Of a stretch of DNA of 64,000 nucleotides, positions 56,373-64,000 are shown piece after piece. How positions within the stretch are numbered: the first letter of the stretch is position 1; every line of letters starts with the position of its first letter. The position numbers were made by a program, and so were the translations under genes. Below the pieces are notes generated by a model that searched no databases, was not told the DNA's origin, and saw nothing but the letters and a program-made list of their open reading frames with translations. Origin of the DNA: an uncultured virus (IMG/VR IMGVR_UViG_3300045180_000051) (Duplodnaviria > Heunggongvirae > Uroviricota > Caudoviricetes); IMG/VR virus record IMGVR_UViG_3300045180_000051; one strand, written 5' to 3'.

Positions 56373-57236
56373 ATGAACAAAACAACGTTCTTCGCGTATG
56401 CGAGGCGCGCGCCTTTTGGCGGCCGTTTGAGCCAGGCTCAGGTTGATGGCACATCGGCTATCTTGGCCGAAGCCGAGCGCCGCAATTTACCCGACGAGCA
56501 GACCGCCTATATCCTTGCGACTGTCTTTCATGAGACTGGCGGCAAGATGCAGCCGGTCATCGAGAATCTGAACTACACCAGTGCGGCGCAAATTCGGAAG
56601 ACATGGCCAAAGCGCTTTTCGTCAATCGCATCGGCCCAGCCATATGTTCGCCAGCCTCAAAAGCTCGCTAATAAGGTCTATGGCGGCCGCATGGGTAACG
56701 ACAGCGTTAATGACGGCTGGACTTATCGCGGGCGAGGCCTGCCTCAGATTACAGGCGAGGACAACTACAAGAAGTTCGGTATTGCCGATGCGCCAGAGAA
56801 GGCGCTGGAGTTAGCCACGGCAATCCGTATCCTCTTTGAAGGCATGGTGCTGGGCAAGTTCACTGGGCGCAAGCTGAGTGACTTTTTCGGCAAGGGCAAA
56901 ACAGATCCTGAAGGCGCGCGTGTCATCGTCAACGGCACCGACAAGGCCACGCTGATCTCCGGCTATTATCGCAACTTCCTAGACAGCCTGATTGCTGCGC
57001 GGGAAATGAAGGCCGCTGCTCCTGATGACGCCAAGCCTGACGACGTGCCTTTGCTCAAGGATAAGACGGTGCAGACCATCGTCGCAGCTGGTGGCGGTAC
57101 GTTCTTGACTGGCCTTATCAGCGCCGTGTCGAACCCGTGGGCATTCTTGACAGTCGCACTAGTGCTCGTCGCCATCGGTGGCGGTTTCTGGCTCTGGCAT
57201 ACAGACAGGCTCGAACTGAAGAGGGTGGCGGCGTGA
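56373..57236 (+). CDS. GH19-type endolysin with C-terminal TM segments
   Basis: HETGG, ENLNY, ANKVYGGRMGN, YRGRGLPQITG. Confidence 0.9.
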   Translation: MNKTTFFAYARRAPFGGRLSQAQVDGTSAILAEAERRNLPDEQTAYILATVFHETGGKMQPVIENLNYTSAAQIRKTWPKRFSSIASAQPYVRQPQKLANKVYGGRMGNDSVNDGWTYRGRGLPQITGEDNYKKFGIADAPEKALELATAIRILFEGMVLGKFTGRKLSDFFGKGKTDPEGARVIVNGTDKATLISGYYRNFLDSLIAAREMKAAAPDDAKPDDVPLLKDKTVQTIVAAGGGTFLTGLISAVSNPWAFLTVALVLVAIGGGFWLWHTDRLELKRVAA

Positions 57237-57417
57237 GGATCGTAATTGATTACGATGCTGATGCGCAGACTGCTGAAGTCGCGATTGGCGAAAAGGTCCA
57301 GTGTTGGACCGGTGTGCACCTAACGCTCGCGCAAGGCATCACCGAAACTCGCGATGGGTATCTGATCCGCCGCGAATGCGACGGTTCGAAGTCCTTGCTT
57401 CTTACAGGAGAGTAAGC

Positions 57418-57654
57418 ATGACCTTCCTCCTAGCACTTCGCTCCAAGTTGACAGGCTACGCCGTTGCTCTGAGCGCGGCGTTGGCCGTCCTTGTCAGCGC
57501 GTACCTCAAAGGCCGGTCCGACAGCAAAACAGCTCAGGCCGCGCGCGAAGCACAATCGGCAACCAAAGCACGGAAGATAGAAAATGAAGTCAGCCGTCTT
57601 GATGACAGCGCTGTTGACGCTCGGCTTGCTAAGTGGATGCGCGACAAGCGGTAA
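57418..57654 (+). CDS. i-spanin (Rz-like)
   Basis: N-terminal TM plus coiled coil; overlapped by a lipoprotein ORF. Confidence 0.7.
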   Translation: MTFLLALRSKLTGYAVALSAALAVLVSAYLKGRSDSKTAQAAREAQSATKARKIENEVSRLDDSAVDARLAKWMRDKR

Positions 57655-57769
57655 CTATTGCGATGTGGCGGGGGTGATCTACGCCAGCCACGACGACACG
57701 TCAGAAACCAAGCGCCAGATCCTGGCCGAGAATGAGAAAATGGAAAAGCTGTGCGGGGTACGGCCTTGA
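57584..57769 (+). CDS. o-spanin lipoprotein (Rz1-like)
   Basis: LLSGC lipobox, overlapping frame. Confidence 0.7.
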   Translation: MKSAVLMTALLTLGLLSGCATSGNYCDVAGVIYASHDDTSETKRQILAENEKMEKLCGVRP

Positions 57770-57771
57770 GG

Positions 57772-57954
57772 TCAGTTGCCCAAAGGCTCAGTCACTCCCG
57801 GGGTTTGCTCTTTCGGCATGAACGCCCGTCTCTCTTCGTATTTCACGATGAAGACTATAGCTGCCAGTGCAACAATCACCGGCACCGCGATGCATAAAAC
57901 CCGCAGAACCGCACCGAAGATTTCTCCAATCAAACTGTTCGATACCTGTCTCAT
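57772..57954 (-). CDS. Small membrane protein (moron)
   Basis: Hydrophobic segment. Confidence 0.45.
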   Translation of the reverse strand: MRQVSNSLIGEIFGAVLRVLCIAVPVIVALAAIVFIVKYEERRAFMPKEQTPGVTEPLGN

Positions 57955-58033
57955 GCCGCAATCATATCAGCAAAGACCTTAAGCGAACACAAAGGGGCAC
58001 ATTAACTATGTTTAATCTAAAGAGAAACGAAGC

Positions 58034-58369
58034 ATGACCGGACCTGAAATCATGGGCGTTGTCGGCTTCATCGTGATGCTCTTTGGCTTTTTGTTTGGCC
58101 TTTGGAAGTACGTCGACAGCAAGATCAACGCTGCGAGAAATGAAACGGCCGCCAAAGCCGAAGCAGCCACAGCGCTCGCCGCACTGACGCGGCAGGAGCT
58201 GTCAGACTATAAGCTACGTGCGGCTGAGACCTTCGCCACAAAGGCCGGGATGCAGGAACAGACCTCGCAGATCATGCGCGCCATTGAAAGCGTCGCAAAC
58301 CGCATCGACGGACTCACCGAGCGCATGGATCGTGTGTTTGAGCAGAAGACAACGCGGGCTAGGGGGTGA
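58034..58369 (+). CDS. Membrane-anchored coiled-coil protein (holin/lysis-associated candidate)
   Basis: One N-terminal TM helix; lysis module context. Confidence 0.6.
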   Translation: MTGPEIMGVVGFIVMLFGFLFGLWKYVDSKINAARNETAAKAEAATALAALTRQELSDYKLRAAETFATKAGMQEQTSQIMRAIESVANRIDGLTERMDRVFEQKTTRARG

Positions 58370-58374
58370 GCGAT

Positions 58375-59139
58375 TCAGTTGGGCGCGGTAAAACGACGGA
58401 AGGATGGCGTCACATGATCTTCGCGATCCTTCTCAAGCATTCGCAACATGTTTTCACCGTACCCTGGCACCGCATAAACACTTATCGTTCTAATATTGTT
58501 CTTCCCCAGTCCAGTCTTTAGGTAGTGCTCACTAACAGCTGTCGGACGTGGAGGACGTGGCGACAGTATTTCAATAAAGCAGCCTCCGAACATAAACGTA
58601 AGGTTTACGCCATTCTTGTTTCGGAGGATGCGTGGCGAAAGCATTATCTTTGCTAAATTGACGTCATTGCCGTGAATATGATCAAATAATCGGCTTATTC
58701 TCACGGCATAATGAGCCAATGACTTGTGTGAATTATCCGAAAAAAGAGATTTGATTTGATCCTCGTGATGACGGGATAATTTGAAATTCTGATAAAACTC
58801 AGCGTCACTTTTACTGGCTCGCCAAGCAACTGATAACATTGCACGAGAAATTGAACGAGCGTCGTTAGCACATATAGTTCGTTGTCTATCTAATTTTTCA
58901 ATAATTTGCTGCAGTGGTATATCAAAATTGACATTGAAATGGCTCTCACATTCAGCGCAGAGCATCGGGCAGTCACCGCTAGCTTGCGTTACGCTATTTG
59001 GAGAGTTGTCAGTTTTATATTTTACTGCCTGACCATTACTCTTTGCGGATCGAAAATAGCTGTTGGGAATTGCATGTGATCTGGAGAGCTTTTTCTCTTG
59101 CTGGCAAAATGCGCAAACTCCGATTGTCGCCTTCGACAT
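58375..59139 (-). CDS. AT-rich accessory protein with N-terminal HNH-like Zn motif
   Basis: CAFC...SHAIP...LCAECE. Confidence 0.65.
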   Translation of the reverse strand: MSKATIGVCAFCQQEKKLSRSHAIPNSYFRSAKSNGQAVKYKTDNSPNSVTQASGDCPMLCAECESHFNVNFDIPLQQIIEKLDRQRTICANDARSISRAMLSVAWRASKSDAEFYQNFKLSRHHEDQIKSLFSDNSHKSLAHYAVRISRLFDHIHGNDVNLAKIMLSPRILRNKNGVNLTFMFGGCFIEILSPRPPRPTAVSEHYLKTGLGKNNIRTISVYAVPGYGENMLRMLEKDREDHVTPSFRRFTAPN

Positions 59140-59258
59140 GCAAATCCCCCCCCCCGAATCCTAAATTTCACCCATCATACTTGACGCCCCTTTCACTTCC
59201 ACCACAATGACAAATTGCGGGCCACCAACCCGCAAACCAATCAACACGAGGAGACTGT

Positions 59259-59543
59259 ATGTCCGAACAGGCACAGGGCGCGGGTGCGCGCGTAAATACG
59301 GGTGGGCCTGCCCATCCATTCCTTACATGGCAAAATCCGCAAGGGTTCCGTATAGGCAGTCTTCATGAAGGTCTGACGATACGTGATCATTTTGCGGGGC
59401 AGGCGTTGCAAGGTCTTATTGGCGGATCGCACCATGAGATGGCGACCTTCGCAGAGACGAACAATACAACAATCGTAAAGGTGGCCGCCTCGTTAGCTTA
59501 CGCATACGCCGACGCCATGATCGTTGCCAGAGGTGCCGCGTGA
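59259..59543 (+). CDS. Small phage protein (GGPAHP...GLTIRDHFAGQALQG)
   Basis: ACACGAGGAG RBS; related to 7972..8202. Confidence 0.7.
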   Translation: MSEQAQGAGARVNTGGPAHPFLTWQNPQGFRIGSLHEGLTIRDHFAGQALQGLIGGSHHEMATFAETNNTTIVKVAASLAYAYADAMIVARGAA

Positions 59544-60253
59544 GTAAGACTTTTGCAGTCGCCGACCTTCACGGACGATACGATCTATTGCTGGCCGCAA
59601 TCGAACGCATCGAACAAAGCAGCCACTCTGGTGGCACCATTGTATTCATGGGCGATTACGTTGACCGTGGGCCGCAAAGCGCACAGGTCATTGAACGACT
59701 GATGCAAGGGCCGGATGACCCGAAACGCTGGAAATGGGTATGTTTGCAGGGAAATCATGAAGAGATCATGTTGACCTGCCTTTTCGCCACTGGCCTCGCG
59801 GGCTCGTATTGGATGCCGAACGGTGGCGGCGCGACACTTCTGTCGTACGGAGCAAAGGAAGGCGGATCTATATCCTCAGCGCTCACGCTTGTTCCACAGT
59901 CGCACATCGATTGGCTTAAAGCCCTGCCTATGATCCACTTGGATGAGCATCGTGTGTTCGTTCATGCCGGCGTTGACGAGACTATCCCGCTCGATAAGCA
60001 GACGAAACAGACCATGCAATGGATGCTGTATCCAGATGGATATGAAGGCGGGCATCGCGAAAGGCACGTTGTTCATGGCCATCATCAATTTGAAGATGGC
60101 CCGTTGCTATTTTCAGGACGCACTGACCTCGACACCTTCGCTTGGTATACCGGCCGTCTAGTGGTCGGCGTGTTCGACGACAGTAAGCCCGGCGGCCCGG
60201 TCTCCACGATTGAGATCAAAGGCCCGTCAATACACGAGCTTCGAGGACAATAA
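59540..60253 (+). CDS. Ser/Thr protein phosphatase-like metallophosphoesterase (lambda PP/NinI-like)
   Basis: ADLHG, GDYVDRG, GNHE, VHAG, HGH. Confidence 0.9.
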   Translation: MSKTFAVADLHGRYDLLLAAIERIEQSSHSGGTIVFMGDYVDRGPQSAQVIERLMQGPDDPKRWKWVCLQGNHEEIMLTCLFATGLAGSYWMPNGGGATLLSYGAKEGGSISSALTLVPQSHIDWLKALPMIHLDEHRVFVHAGVDETIPLDKQTKQTMQWMLYPDGYEGGHRERHVVHGHHQFEDGPLLFSGRTDLDTFAWYTGRLVVGVFDDSKPGGPVSTIEIKGPSIHELRGQ

Positions 60254-61507
60254 ATGCTTTCCAAACAAGAACTAGCCCGCCGTGTTGCTGCATATCAGCA
60301 GCACGGCACGATAACGAAGGCTGCGCACGCGTGCGGCGTCAAGAAGTCTGCATTTCACGACAGCATCAAACGCGCGGCTGAGCTCGGGCTGATGGGTCCG
60401 AAAGAAACGCTGCCCGGTTATACAATCAAAAGCCTGACCGAGACGCCGAACGGCACGTACATGCGCCAGACGAAAGAGGCTGGCCCTGTCTACGAAGCGA
60501 CTGCCGGTCTAGCGGTTAAAGGCAAGACGACGCTCGTTAACAGCGAAGGGCGCATCGTCACGCAGCACATCATGGAACGTGCGGACGCCGACCAACAGCG
60601 TGCAGCAATCACGGCCATGGTTGAAGCACTAAAAGAAGATTTGCCGCGCGTTTCGATTATGCCGGCGCCAAAGGGGTGTCGCGAGGATCTGTTGAATCAG
60701 TTCACGATCACTGACAACCATTTCGGCATGATGTCGTGGCGCGAAGAAACTGGCAGCGATTACGATCTGCGGATTGCCGAGCAGCTATTGCTTGATTGGT
60801 TCTCTGCGGCTGTGGCACAGGCTCCCGACGCTCACACGGCCATTCTGGCGCAGTTGGGCGACCTTATGCATCACGATGCGCTTGAAAGCGTCACGCCTGC
60901 CCACAAGCATGTTCTGGACGCTGACAGCCGCCTGCAGAAAGTCATTCGCATTGTGATCCGAACGATCCGCCGCATCATTGATATGCTTTTGCAGAAGCAC
61001 GAGCGCGTTCATGTCGTGATGGCTTCGGGGAATCACGACCCGGCCTCATCCGCATGGCTTCGTGAGATGCTCGCCGTTATGTATGAAGACGAACCTCGCA
61101 TCACTGTCGATAATTCACCGTCGCTCTATTACGCATTCGAGTGGGGCAGCACGATGCTTGCCTATCATCACGGGCACAAGCGAGGAGTCGCAAATATCGA
61201 GGGCACGATTGCTGGCATGTTCCGTGGAATGTTTGGCCGCTCGCTACACGCCTACGTGCATATCGGACACCGACACAGCGACGATGCCAGAAAAGGCACG
61301 CTGATGTATGTCGAGCAGCATGAAACGCTCGCAGCACCAGACGCTTATGCCGCTGGCGGTGGGTGGCTGTCTGGTCGATCAGCTAAACGGATAACCTATA
61401 GCAAGCAGTTTGGTGAAGTCGGTCGCGACATTCTCCGGCCCGAGATGGTCGCAGGGAAGTATGCGGCATCTAATGATAATGCGAAAAGTCAAAGGGCTGC
61501 AGCCTAA
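60254..61507 (+). CDS. HTH-fused calcineurin-like metallophosphoesterase
   Basis: N-terminal HTH; TDNH, GD, GNHD, HHGH, GHRH. Confidence 0.8.
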   Translation: MLSKQELARRVAAYQQHGTITKAAHACGVKKSAFHDSIKRAAELGLMGPKETLPGYTIKSLTETPNGTYMRQTKEAGPVYEATAGLAVKGKTTLVNSEGRIVTQHIMERADADQQRAAITAMVEALKEDLPRVSIMPAPKGCREDLLNQFTITDNHFGMMSWREETGSDYDLRIAEQLLLDWFSAAVAQAPDAHTAILAQLGDLMHHDALESVTPAHKHVLDADSRLQKVIRIVIRTIRRIIDMLLQKHERVHVVMASGNHDPASSAWLREMLAVMYEDEPRITVDNSPSLYYAFEWGSTMLAYHHGHKRGVANIEGTIAGMFRGMFGRSLHAYVHIGHRHSDDARKGTLMYVEQHETLAAPDAYAAGGGWLSGRSAKRITYSKQFGEVGRDILRPEMVAGKYAASNDNAKSQRAAA

Positions 61508-61510
61508 CCG

Positions 61511-61747
61511 TCAGCCCTTTTGGGACGCTAGATAGTCTGCAACGGCCGCTCGAATTTCAGTTTCAAGTTGGCTGGTTTGTGCCAAAATTTCTTTCATGGC
61601 TAAATCCTTATTGTCGATGAATGGGGAACGCATCCTTCCGTCTATTGGTGGAGCTATTGGGCCATATTCCACGACCACCTTCTTGCCGGAGAACTGCACA
61701 GTGATGGATGCTGAGTTCCCAACGTACTTGGCGTCTAATATTTGCAT
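61511..61747 (-). CDS. Small opposite-strand protein
   Basis: GGGAGG RBS. Confidence 0.6.
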   Translation of the reverse strand: MQILDAKYVGNSASITVQFSGKKVVVEYGPIAPPIDGRMRSPFIDNKDLAMKEILAQTSQLETEIRAAVADYLASQKG

Positions 61748-61853
61748 ATCGGCCTCCCTGATTGTTTATCAGTGTAGGCTGGGAAACCGCATCAAGACAA
61801 TACCAACCACGCCGCCCACCAAGCGGCGTTTCACCACAACACGAGGAGAGCAT

Positions 61854-62285
61854 ATGCTTGAAGAAGCAGAAGACCAAGCCGCACGCGCAGCTGTTGAAGG
61901 GCGGCTGTTAAGAACAGGGGTTATAAGGTGCCTGCCAAAACCTTATAACGACAACCGTCAACCACTCTCCATCATCGAAACACCTTACAGCGGCGACGTG
62001 GACGGCAACATAGCATATGCACGAGCGTGCCTCTTAGACAGCCTGCGACGAGGCGAGGCACCGATTGCTAGCCATTTGCTGCACACGCAAGTGTTGGACG
62101 ATATGCGGCCCGATGAACGGTCGTTGGGCATTGAGGCCGGTCTTGCCTGGTATCGTGTGGCTACGAAATGCGTTGTTTACTCTGATCGTGGTATCAGCGC
62201 CGGAATGAAGATGGGCATCGATCGAGCGATGCAGCACGATGTGGCAGTTGAGTACCGAAGCATTGAGAATAGGGCAGCGGCATGA
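61854..62285 (+). CDS. Nucleoside-deoxyribosyltransferase-like fold phage protein
   Basis: ETPYSGD...N..YAR...PIASHL...GISAGM; ACACGAGGAG RBS. Confidence 0.65.
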   Translation: MLEEAEDQAARAAVEGRLLRTGVIRCLPKPYNDNRQPLSIIETPYSGDVDGNIAYARACLLDSLRRGEAPIASHLLHTQVLDDMRPDERSLGIEAGLAWYRVATKCVVYSDRGISAGMKMGIDRAMQHDVAVEYRSIENRAAA

Positions 62286-62479
62286 TGGGCGAAAATATTG
62301 CAGCGATTAAACTTGAGCGTCACATCGAGGAGAGAATTGCAGCAGCCGTCCTTGCAGAAAGGCAGCGGTGTGCTGCGATAGCGATCTGCGTATTCGACGA
62401 TGAGGATGCGTGGTCGGATATACATAGAATTGCAGGAGGCATTATTGCCGAAGCCATTATTGAAGGAGACACAGCATGA
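62282..62479 (+). CDS. Hypothetical protein
   Basis: AERQRCAAIA motif; coupled. Confidence 0.55.
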   Translation: MMGENIAAIKLERHIEERIAAAVLAERQRCAAIAICVFDDEDAWSDIHRIAGGIIAEAIIEGDTA

Positions 62480-62808
62480 ACCAATTCCATGTTGGGCAAA
62501 AAGTGGTCTGCATCGACAGTGCCGTCGGCTTTGAACAGTATCTCGAAATCAAGGAAGGCGAGATTTACGAGATCTCGTGGATTGGTCCGTTCGAGCATTA
62601 CACGCAAGGCAGTTTCATCGGCGTACGTCTCAATGGCGTAGATCGCGGAACTTGCCCGCAGTTCGGTTATGAAAACCCGCCGTTTGCTGCAAGGCGCTTC
62701 CGACCGCTTGTGGAAAATAAGCTGTCAGCATTGCGCGGATTGTTGGCAGGTGGGCCTTTGACTGAGAAGTTCGAGGAGCCGAAGCGTAAGGTGAGGGAAG
62801 AAGTATGA
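62476..62808 (+). CDS. Hypothetical protein (FHVGQKVVCID...RFRPLV)
   Basis: Coupled; GGAG RBS. Confidence 0.65.
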   Translation: MNQFHVGQKVVCIDSAVGFEQYLEIKEGEIYEISWIGPFEHYTQGSFIGVRLNGVDRGTCPQFGYENPPFAARRFRPLVENKLSALRGLLAGGPLTEKFEEPKRKVREEV

Positions 62809-63092
62809 TACGCTATAAAGGACCAGTAACCCGTCTAGGCGACATCACCGTCCACGGCCTTCCTTCAACTGTGACCTCCGATGGCGGCTCGACCAGCTAT
62901 TACGAGTTGCCAGATGGTGCGAGTGAGCTAAACGACCTTATTGAGTACAAAGGCATGTCCTTTGCGCTCGGCAACATCTTTAAGGCTTGTTATCGTTTTG
63001 GCGAGAAGGACGCAGCCAGCCGCCTTTACGATCTGAATAAGATCATATTCTTTGCCGAGAGATTGAAGGCGATCGAACTGCGCGCGAAGTAA
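62805..63092 (+). CDS. DUF3310-like protein
   Basis: GGSTSYY...DLIE...F..GNIFKA.YR...DL.K. Confidence 0.7.
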   Translation: MIRYKGPVTRLGDITVHGLPSTVTSDGGSTSYYELPDGASELNDLIEYKGMSFALGNIFKACYRFGEKDAASRLYDLNKIIFFAERLKAIELRAK

Positions 63093-63105
63093 GTCACGAC
63101 CAGGG

Positions 63106-63185
63106 AAAGCCCCGGCACGAGAGGTGTGATCGGGTTGCCGGGGCTGCGCTTCGCGTGGACCCAGCTTCCTGTCACGAAGCGCGGC
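63106..63185 (-). ncRNA. Solo copy of the two-hairpin sRNA unit
   Basis: GCGCTTCG...CGAAGCGC then AGCCCCGGCA...TGCCGGGGCTTT; TGaTAGAAT just upstream. Confidence 0.55.
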
Positions 63186-63306
63186 AAAATTCTATCAAAA
63201 TGAATTTTCATTGAAAAGTGCATTTTAACTCTGTTGGGTCGCCACAGATGCAATGCCTAGCTAAAAATAAACCCCGCTTTGACGGGTTTTGGTTTGAGGC
63301 GTCTTA

Positions 63307-63546
63307 TTATTCCATGTCGGGGATCTCGCCAAACTGGAAAATAATGGCTGGAGGTCCATATTCACCGATATCTGGATCTGCTTCCCGGCTCCAAGCGACA
63401 ATCCCCGAATGCTTTCCTTCAAGGCTGGTCGCAGCTTTCATTGCACGGCCTTCGGTCTCAAACGACATTGGATCGAATGCAGGAACGAGCTCACCGTCAT
63501 CATTCTTATCAAAGGCAGCAACCACGATAAGACGCGCATTAGCCAT
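63307..63546 (-). CDS. Small putative SOS-regulated protein (related to 10399..10626)
   Basis: VVAAF...GELVP...A.K.A..L...G..AWSR...FGEIPD. Confidence 0.7.
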   Translation of the reverse strand: MANARLIVVAAFDKNDDGELVPAFDPMSFETEGRAMKAATSLEGKHSGIVAWSREADPDIGEYGPPAIIFQFGEIPDME

Positions 63547-63551
63547 TCAGG

Positions 63552-63686
63552 TCACTTCCCGTTGGTGTCTTTGTCGAGATCAGAATTATCGCGGTTCGAC
63601 GTTCCACCTGCTTTTTTCGAACCTTTGGCTTTACCTGTTTTTGGTTCTACTGGGCGGACAGGGGTGTTCGTAAACTTAATTGCCAT
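63552..63686 (-). CDS. 44-aa basic peptide MAIKFTNTPVRP...
   Basis: AGAAAG RBS; directly downstream of the LexA box. Confidence 0.45.
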   Translation of the reverse strand: MAIKFTNTPVRPVEPKTGKAKGSKKAGGTSNRDNSDLDKDTNGK

Positions 63687-63716
63687 GAGTCTTTCTAATT
63701 CGTCTCCGCTTCGGAT

Positions 63717-63731
63717 GTTCCCATAATGTTC
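63717..63731 (-). promoter_or_regulatory. LexA (SOS) box
   Basis: GTTC-ccataat-GTTC. Confidence 0.7.
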
Positions 63732-63821
63732 TCATTTTGATTGAGAGTCAATCACCGTTATCATGGTTGAGGTATATGTGCCTGAGTGACTAATTATTTG
63801 CATCGGTTCCTACCGGTGCAG

Positions 63822-64000
63822 TCAAAACAGACTAGTTTGTTCTTCCTTATTGTCATTGCTTGGCGTCAGGTCGAGCAAGGCCTCATCCGGCAATGGCTTC
63901 TGCATTACCTTCGCTTCATCCCATGGCGCACGCAACCACGCGTCAATCTCCTCGGTCGTGCGGAGAATTACCGGCATTGCCTTCGGGTGAACTGGCTTTA
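63822..64000 (-). CDS. SOS response-associated peptidase (SRAP/YedK family), 3' part
   Basis: Hand translation KPVHPKAMPVILRTTEEIDAWLRAPWDEA...QTSLF*. Confidence 0.8.
   Translation of the reverse strand, partial: KPVHPKAMPVILRTTEEIDAWLRAPWDEAKVMQKPLPDEALLDLTPSNDNKEEQTSLF

Larger units (their letters stand above)
4562..64000. mobile_element. Temperate prophage (HK97-fold head, long non-contractile tail) integrated at tRNA-Lys; right end outside the window
   Basis: Continuous phage gene order: xis-like, repressor, replication, terminase, portal, capsid, tail, lysis. Confidence 0.95.

Noticed and set aside
4562..64000. tmRNA gene or DNA repeat as the source of the ANDN motifs
   Set aside because: No tmRNA-like tRNA domain seen, and synonymous codons differ among motifs

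Overview
Bases ~1-4480 are alphaproteobacterial host chromosome, probably Brucellaceae/Ochrobactrum-like: a LOV-PAS-HWE histidine kinase, a Bru-RS/RIME-like repeat, a BA14K protein and an Abhydrolase_9 membrane protein. A tRNA-Lys(UUU) gene at 4486-4561 follows. From there to the window end lies a temperate siphovirus-like prophage of more than 59 kb; its integrase and attR are not in the window. Its modules, in order, are: a leftward early operon, an XRE-S24 repressor between two mirror-image promoters, recombination/replication genes (AAA ATPase, SSB, NTase-like protein, beta clamp, Cas4-like nuclease, SF2 helicase, Prim-Pol/AAA_25), two DNA methyltransferases, two tRNAs, HK97-type head and non-contractile tail genes, lysis genes, and an accessory region ending in a SRAP gene. 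Four unexplained structures stand out. (1) A tandem array of seven ~75-90 nt two-hairpin, terminator-ended putative small RNAs with variable loops (54.27-55.07 kb), with an eighth copy at 63.1 kb and a second sRNA cluster containing a cuckoo/ar14-type RNA at 22.5-23.1 kb. (2) ssrA-tag-like degrons (ANDN...AA) written into many phage proteins. (3) A start-associated element (hairpin with a CACCA loop, a C/A-rich linker, then ACACGAGGAG) at 14 sites, nearly all before non-structural genes. (4) A C5 methyltransferase apparently split over two overlapping reading frames. All functional calls come from reading motifs by eye; no searches or folding programs were run.
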